Part shown: one piece after another, positions 59,988 through 64,000 of the stretch
Layout of the letters: every line of letters begins with the position of its first letter
How positions within the stretch are numbered: position 1 is the stretch's first letter
Source: an uncultured Chitinophagales bacterium
Lineage (GTDB): Bacteria; Bacteroidota; Rhodothermia; Balneolales; HLUCCA01
Reading direction: 5' to 3'
Length of the DNA: 64,000 nt
Assembly: GCA_964473555.1 (NCBI GenBank)
Contig: CAYYPL010000001.1
Span: 146,630 to 210,629 of the forward strand
Notes under the pieces: generated by a model
What the model saw: only the letters and a program-made list of their open reading frames with translations
Told to the model about the DNA's origin: nothing
Database searches by the model: none
Made by a program: the position numbers and the translations under genes

Positions 59988-60670
59988 GGATCCTGATAGG
60001 TGTTTCCGGCTACAATCAATACGAATTCACCCTTAATTGAAGGTCGATTGTTCAAATCGTTTTGAATCTCAGTGAGTGTTCCTCGACGGTTTTCTTCAAA
60101 TTTCTTGGTTAATTCTCTTCCAAAACAGGCCAATCTGTCGGGACCAAAAACAGCTACACACTCCTGAATCAGCTTTAGAATCCTATACGGACTTTCAAAG
60201 AAAATCATGGTTCTGTCTTCATTTCTGAGTGCTTCGAGCCGAGTCTTTCGCCCCTTTTTTTGGGGAAGGAATCCTTCAAAGGTGAACCGGTCGCTGGGGA
60301 GTCCACTAGCAGCGAGAGCCGTGATGGCAGCACTTGGACCCGGTATCACAATCACCTGGATACCACGAAGATGCGCCTCACGGACAGCGAGAAATCCGGG
60401 ATCCGAAATCCCTGGCATGCCAGCATCGGAAACCAATGCGATATCTTTGCCAGACTCCAGCAGCTCCATGATCTGTGCAATGCGATGATGTTCGTTGTGT
60501 GAGTGAAAGGAGATAAGATGTTTCTTTAATCCCAGGTGCTGCATCAGGAATCCAGTGGTTCGGGTATCCTCACAAGCCACCGCTTCTACATGATTCAACA
60601 CCTCCGACATCCTGGTCGAAACATCACTTAAATTACCAATTGGCGTGCCAATGACGTATAATGTAGCCAC
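59984..60670 (-). CDS. rsmI: 16S rRNA (cytidine1402-2'-O)-methyltransferase
   Basis: Tetrapyrrole-methylase fold, LYVIGTPIGNLSD and CEDTR motifs. ATGA overlap with the lnt start. Confidence 0.93.
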   Translation of the reverse strand: MATLYVIGTPIGNLSDVSTRMSEVLNHVEAVACEDTRTTGFLMQHLGLKKHLISFHSHNEHHRIAQIMELLESGKDIALVSDAGMPGISDPGFLAVREAHLRGIQVIVIPGPSAAITALAASGLPSDRFTFEGFLPQKKGRKTRLEALRNEDRTMIFFESPYRILKLIQECVAVFGPDRLACFGRELTKKFEENRRGTLTEIQNDLNNRPSIKGEFVLIVAGNTYQDP

Positions 60671-60787
60671 GTGAAATTCTTTGGTTCAAAAAAACGTTTA
60701 AGTATACCAATTTTTATATCAAAAATCGGACTAATCAGCTAAGTTCAACCATTTTCGACGCTAAATTACTATTAGGAAACCTAACCC

Positions 60788-61174
60788 ATGAAACCATTTA
60801 TCGCTACCGGTATTAATCATTTGACACTGCGTGTCAACGACATCAAACGGGCAGAGGCTTTTTACACAGACCTGCTGGGATTCACCATCGAACGGAAAAT
60901 GGGTCAGAGTATGACCGTTTATCGCATTGGCACCGATTCACTGGTTATTGTAGAGGCGGAAACAGCCTATGATAATGCATCCAAAGATTACCGGGTTGAC
61001 CATTTTGGATTCACGGTCTCATCTCCCGACAAAATCGATGAGCTGGCCGAGTATTTCCGCGACCATGATGTAACCATCATCACAGGTCCGGCCAACCGAA
61101 AGAATGGGAGATTTTTATTTATCACGGATCCCGATGGTAACATGATCGAGTTTATGCATGAAAAGGTAGGTTAA
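60788..61174 (+). CDS. VOC (glyoxalase/bleomycin-resistance/dioxygenase) family protein
   Basis: 128 aa. INHLTLRVNDIKRAEAFY...LGF and a C-terminal DPDGNMIEF are typical of single-domain VOC proteins. Confidence 0.8.
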   Translation: MKPFIATGINHLTLRVNDIKRAEAFYTDLLGFTIERKMGQSMTVYRIGTDSLVIVEAETAYDNASKDYRVDHFGFTVSSPDKIDELAEYFRDHDVTIITGPANRKNGRFLFITDPDGNMIEFMHEKVG

Positions 61175-61239
61175 CGGGTGGGAGCCGTTCTGTATTCTGC
61201 ACGATACCACCTCGTTTCGACAGGTAGTCCGGATGACAT

Positions 61240-61266
61240 TTAGCACTATTTTTCGTACATTGCCAA
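61240..61266 (+). promoter_or_regulatory. Degenerate CIRCE-like inverted repeat upstream of hrcA
   Basis: TTAGCACTA-N9-CATTGCCAA versus the CIRCE consensus TTAGCACTC-N9-GAGTGCTAA. The left half matches 8/9 and the right half 6/9. It ends 5 nt before the first ATG of hrcA. Confidence 0.4.
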
Positions 61267-61271
61267 GCTGA

Positions 61272-62342
61272 ATGAAACAAGAAACACGTATGAGTTTGAC
61301 CGAATTTCCTGAACTTAATGCACGTGAGAGGGAAATCCTGCAGTTTATCATCCAGGATTTCATCAAGACCGCAAGCCCGATAGCATCCAAGACGCTTTTG
61401 GATGCACACAGGCTGAACGTAAGTTCTGCGACCATACGTAACGCGATGAATAGCCTCGAGTTAAAAGGCTTTTTGGATCACCCTCACACCTCTGCAGGAA
61501 GAATCCCAACTGAAATGGGGTACCGGTTTTATGTCGATTCACTCATGCGATTAACCCGACTCAGTGCAACCGAACAGCGCGCTCTGGACCAGATTTCCGC
61601 CCAACTCAACGCCGATATTGATGATGCTGTGGTAACCGCCGCACGGTTATTAGCCAAACTATCCAATCTGTTGGCGGTTGTTATCGCTCCCAAATTAGGT
61701 AATGGTATTTTTCATAGGCTGGAGTTGATTTCTCTGAGCTCAACCCGACTCATGATTGTGTTGACCATTATAAGTGGGATCACGAAAACGATTAGTATTG
61801 AAGTACAGTCTGAAATTTCCAGAAAAGATCTCGATCGGGTCTCCGGTATGCTGAACGAACGACTTCAGGGCAGGAAGTTATCTGAAATCGCCCGTCAAAT
61901 CCGCGAAATGCTACAGGAATTTGAGCATTCAGACACCACCGGACTCATCAGGATCTTTATCGATTCTGCTGATACTATTTTTGATGACCAGCAGGTAAGG
62001 AAATTTCATTTTGGCGGGGCAGAGTATATGGCTATGCAACCTGAATTCAACGATTTAAGCAAATACAGAAGTATTGTTGAACTCATTGAGGATGAAGATA
62101 TGATCATTCACCTCTTCGAGCATGATATCCCCGCCGACAATGAAGTGCGTGTCCGGATTGGGACTGAAACGAAATTGACACAGATTGAACAATGTAGCGT
62201 AGTGTCAACAAAGTATTCTATCGGAACGGTCTCAGGATCAATTGGATTAGTTGGCCCCAAACGCATGAATTATCCGCGTATGGTTTCCCTTGTCGAGCAA
62301 CTGGCCACCCGTTTTAACAAAGTAACATTCGATACGATTTAA
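61272..62342 (+). CDS. hrcA: Heat-inducible transcription repressor HrcA
   Basis: Winged-helix N-terminus (REREILQFII...SSATIRNAMNSLELKGFL..HTSAGRIPT) and the HrcA C-terminal domains. An alternative ATG at 61290 is possible. Confidence 0.92.
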   Translation: MKQETRMSLTEFPELNAREREILQFIIQDFIKTASPIASKTLLDAHRLNVSSATIRNAMNSLELKGFLDHPHTSAGRIPTEMGYRFYVDSLMRLTRLSATEQRALDQISAQLNADIDDAVVTAARLLAKLSNLLAVVIAPKLGNGIFHRLELISLSSTRLMIVLTIISGITKTISIEVQSEISRKDLDRVSGMLNERLQGRKLSEIARQIREMLQEFEHSDTTGLIRIFIDSADTIFDDQQVRKFHFGGAEYMAMQPEFNDLSKYRSIVELIEDEDMIIHLFEHDIPADNEVRVRIGTETKLTQIEQCSVVSTKYSIGTVSGSIGLVGPKRMNYPRMVSLVEQLATRFNKVTFDTI

Positions 62343-62344
62343 CT

Positions 62345-62938
62345 ATGAAGAACAAGAAAAAAAACACATTGAATACGGATGCTGAGTTGAATGATACTCA
62401 GACTGAACTCATGGAAACACCTGATGTGGCTCAACAGAACGAATCAAGCAATGACACAAACGGTGATCAGATCGCACAGCTGGAATCAGACTTACTACTC
62501 GTAAAATCTGAATTGGAAGCGGCAAAAGATACACTGCTTCGTCGTACCGCTGAGTTTGAAAACGTGAAAAAAAGAATGATGCGTGAAAGAATACAACTCA
62601 TCGATGAGGCCAAAATTGAAGCTCTGAAAGCTTTTTTGCCCGTAAATGATGATCTTCAACGAACATTGGGGGCTGCAAAAGGGCAGGATGTACCCGATGC
62701 GTTTCTTGAAGGTGTAACCCTGGTGTCTGAGAAGTTTGGTTCTATACTTACTAATTATGGGGTAGAATCCATTTCCCAGGCTGGTATTCCCTTTGATGTG
62801 AATCTACATGATGCCATGATGCGTATTCCTGCCCCAGATCAGGGGGTAGCGTCTAATACCGTTGTTCAGGTTCTCGAACCTGGTTATAAACTGGGAGAAA
62901 AGGTGATCCGCCACGCTAAAGTGATTGTAAGCGAATAA
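62345..62938 (+). CDS. grpE: Nucleotide exchange factor GrpE
   Basis: Acidic N-terminus, a long helix (LLRRTAEFENVKKRMMRE) and a beta-domain C-terminus (GYKLGEKVIRHAKVIVS). Confidence 0.93.
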   Translation: MKNKKKNTLNTDAELNDTQTELMETPDVAQQNESSNDTNGDQIAQLESDLLLVKSELEAAKDTLLRRTAEFENVKKRMMRERIQLIDEAKIEALKAFLPVNDDLQRTLGAAKGQDVPDAFLEGVTLVSEKFGSILTNYGVESISQAGIPFDVNLHDAMMRIPAPDQGVASNTVVQVLEPGYKLGEKVIRHAKVIVSE

Positions 62939-62941
62939 AAT

Positions 62942-64000
62942 ATGAGCCAAAAACGCGATTATTACGAAGTACTGGGTGTGTCAAAATCTGCCAACGCCGA
63001 AGATATAAAAAAAGCATATCGTAAAAAGGCAATGGAGTACCATCCAGACCGGAACAAGGACAATCCTGATGCCGAAAAACTCTTCAAAGAAGCGGCAGAA
63101 GCCTTTGACGTGCTCAAAGATCCAAACAAACGAGCTCGTTACGACCAGTACGGACATCAAGGATTACATTCTGGTGGATTCCGTGAGCCAGACTTCCAGG
63201 GATTCTCGATGGAGGATATTTTCTCGCAATTCGGGGATATTTTTGGTCAGGATTTGTTCGGGGGCGGGCGGGGGAGGTCACGCGGAGGTCGACGTCAGGC
63301 TGGCCACCCGGGTGACGATATGAAACTGAATCTGAAACTGACCCTCGAAGACATCGCCTTCGGCGTCGAGAAGAAGATCAAGGTCAAAAAGTTCATCAAA
63401 TGTGACAGTTGTTCCGGAACTGGCGCCGAGACCAGCGATGATTTCATGACCTGCTCTACGTGTAATGGGATGGGTGAAGTTCGTCAGGTTAGCCGAACCA
63501 TGTTCGGACAGTTTGTGAACGTACAACCCTGTCCAACCTGCCACGGTGAAGGGCGGGTTATCAAGAACCGTTGTAAGTCCTGCAGCGGAGAAGGAAGAGT
63601 AAAAGGTGAAGAGACCGTCAAAGTGAAAATCCCATCCGGAGTTGGGAAAGGAAACTATCTGACGCTTCGTGGACAGGGAAATGCCGGACTTCGTGGTGGG
63701 CCAGCAGGCGATTTGATCGTTATCATTGATGAAATCGAACATGAGTTTTTTGAACGAAAAGGTGATGATATCTTCTACGATGCCCAGGTATCCGTTCCAG
63801 ATGCAATCCTCGGAACCGAAATCGAAGTACCTACCCTTAAAGGTAAAGCGAAATTACGTGTAGACACAGGTACTCAACCTGGAAAGCTTCTGCGCATGCG
63901 TGAGAAAGGGATTAAATCACTGAACAGTAACCATATTGGAGACCAATACGTACGAATCAATGTGTACCTGCCCGAAGAGGTCACGAAAGCTGAACGTGAA
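62942..64000 (+). CDS. dnaJ: Chaperone DnaJ (3' end beyond the right window edge)
   Basis: Own translation: [38 protein letters not shown] (J domain with HPD), a G/F-rich linker, and four CxxCxGxG repeats ([32 protein letters not shown]). The frame stays open to position 64000. Confidence 0.95.
   Translation, partial: MSQKRDYYEVLGVSKSANAEDIKKAYRKKAMEYHPDRNKDNPDAEKLFKEAAEAFDVLKDPNKRARYDQYGHQGLHSGGFREPDFQGFSMEDIFSQFGDIFGQDLFGGGRGRSRGGRRQAGHPGDDMKLNLKLTLEDIAFGVEKKIKVKKFIKCDSCSGTGAETSDDFMTCSTCNGMGEVRQVSRTMFGQFVNVQPCPTCHGEGRVIKNRCKSCSGEGRVKGEETVKVKIPSGVGKGNYLTLRGQGNAGLRGGPAGDLIVIIDEIEHEFFERKGDDIFYDAQVSVPDAILGTEIEVPTLKGKAKLRVDTGTQPGKLLRMREKGIKSLNSNHIGDQYVRINVYLPEEVTKAERE

Noticed and set aside
63278-63742. 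154-aa minus-strand ORF antisense to dnaJ, and an 84-aa plus-strand alternate-frame ORF at 63069-63323
   Set aside because: The dnaJ frame (J domain, G/F linker, four CxxCxGxG repeats) explains this region completely. The other ORFs are frame artefacts.

Overview
This window is densely coding and almost entirely housekeeping chromosome. The gene content suggests an FCB-group bacterium (Bacteroidota/Rhodothermota/Balneolota-like). That is an inference from the SprA type IX secretion translocon, a 58-aa Hc1-type histone-like protein, DUF3467/DUF4290-like genes, a stand-alone atpD-atpC pair and several non-ATG starts. I call 54 protein-coding genes. Two are cut by the window edges (lon on the left, dnaJ on the right). 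Two fall below the 60-aa ORF-track cutoff and were found by reading the gaps (rpmF and the histone-like gene). Gene blocks in order: lon; OM beta-barrel-pcrA-valS-rsmB (minus); atpDC; ispB-lpxH-like-mrcA (minus); pfkA-pgi-deoxynucleoside kinase; yceD-rpmF-plsX-fabH-fabD-fabG-acpP-fabF-rnc; ilvE; thyA-folA; HD phosphohydrolase; M42 peptidase; histone-like gene; an acylase/BadF-type kinase/beta-lactamase-fold/cdd/orphan cluster (minus); lysA-hbd-ltaE-tspO-lipoprotein; menF-menD-menH-menB (minus); cysteine-synthase-family gene plus DUF3467; lptF/lptG-like pair; sprA; lnt-rsmI (minus); VOC; hrcA-grpE-dnaJ. I saw no rRNA, tRNA, CRISPR array, transposase/integrase, phage genes, recognisable defence genes or tandem-repeat arrays. 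I do not find a convincing new biological system in this window. The least-explained part is the tightly packed minus-strand cluster at 31.2-37.3 kb, which includes a cytidine deaminase with a degenerate N-terminal CDA domain and an unassignable 220-aa partner. The other observations are small-scale: structured intergenic elements, a degenerate CIRCE-like site, unusual gene couplings and a convergent 3' overlap. All are scored modestly.
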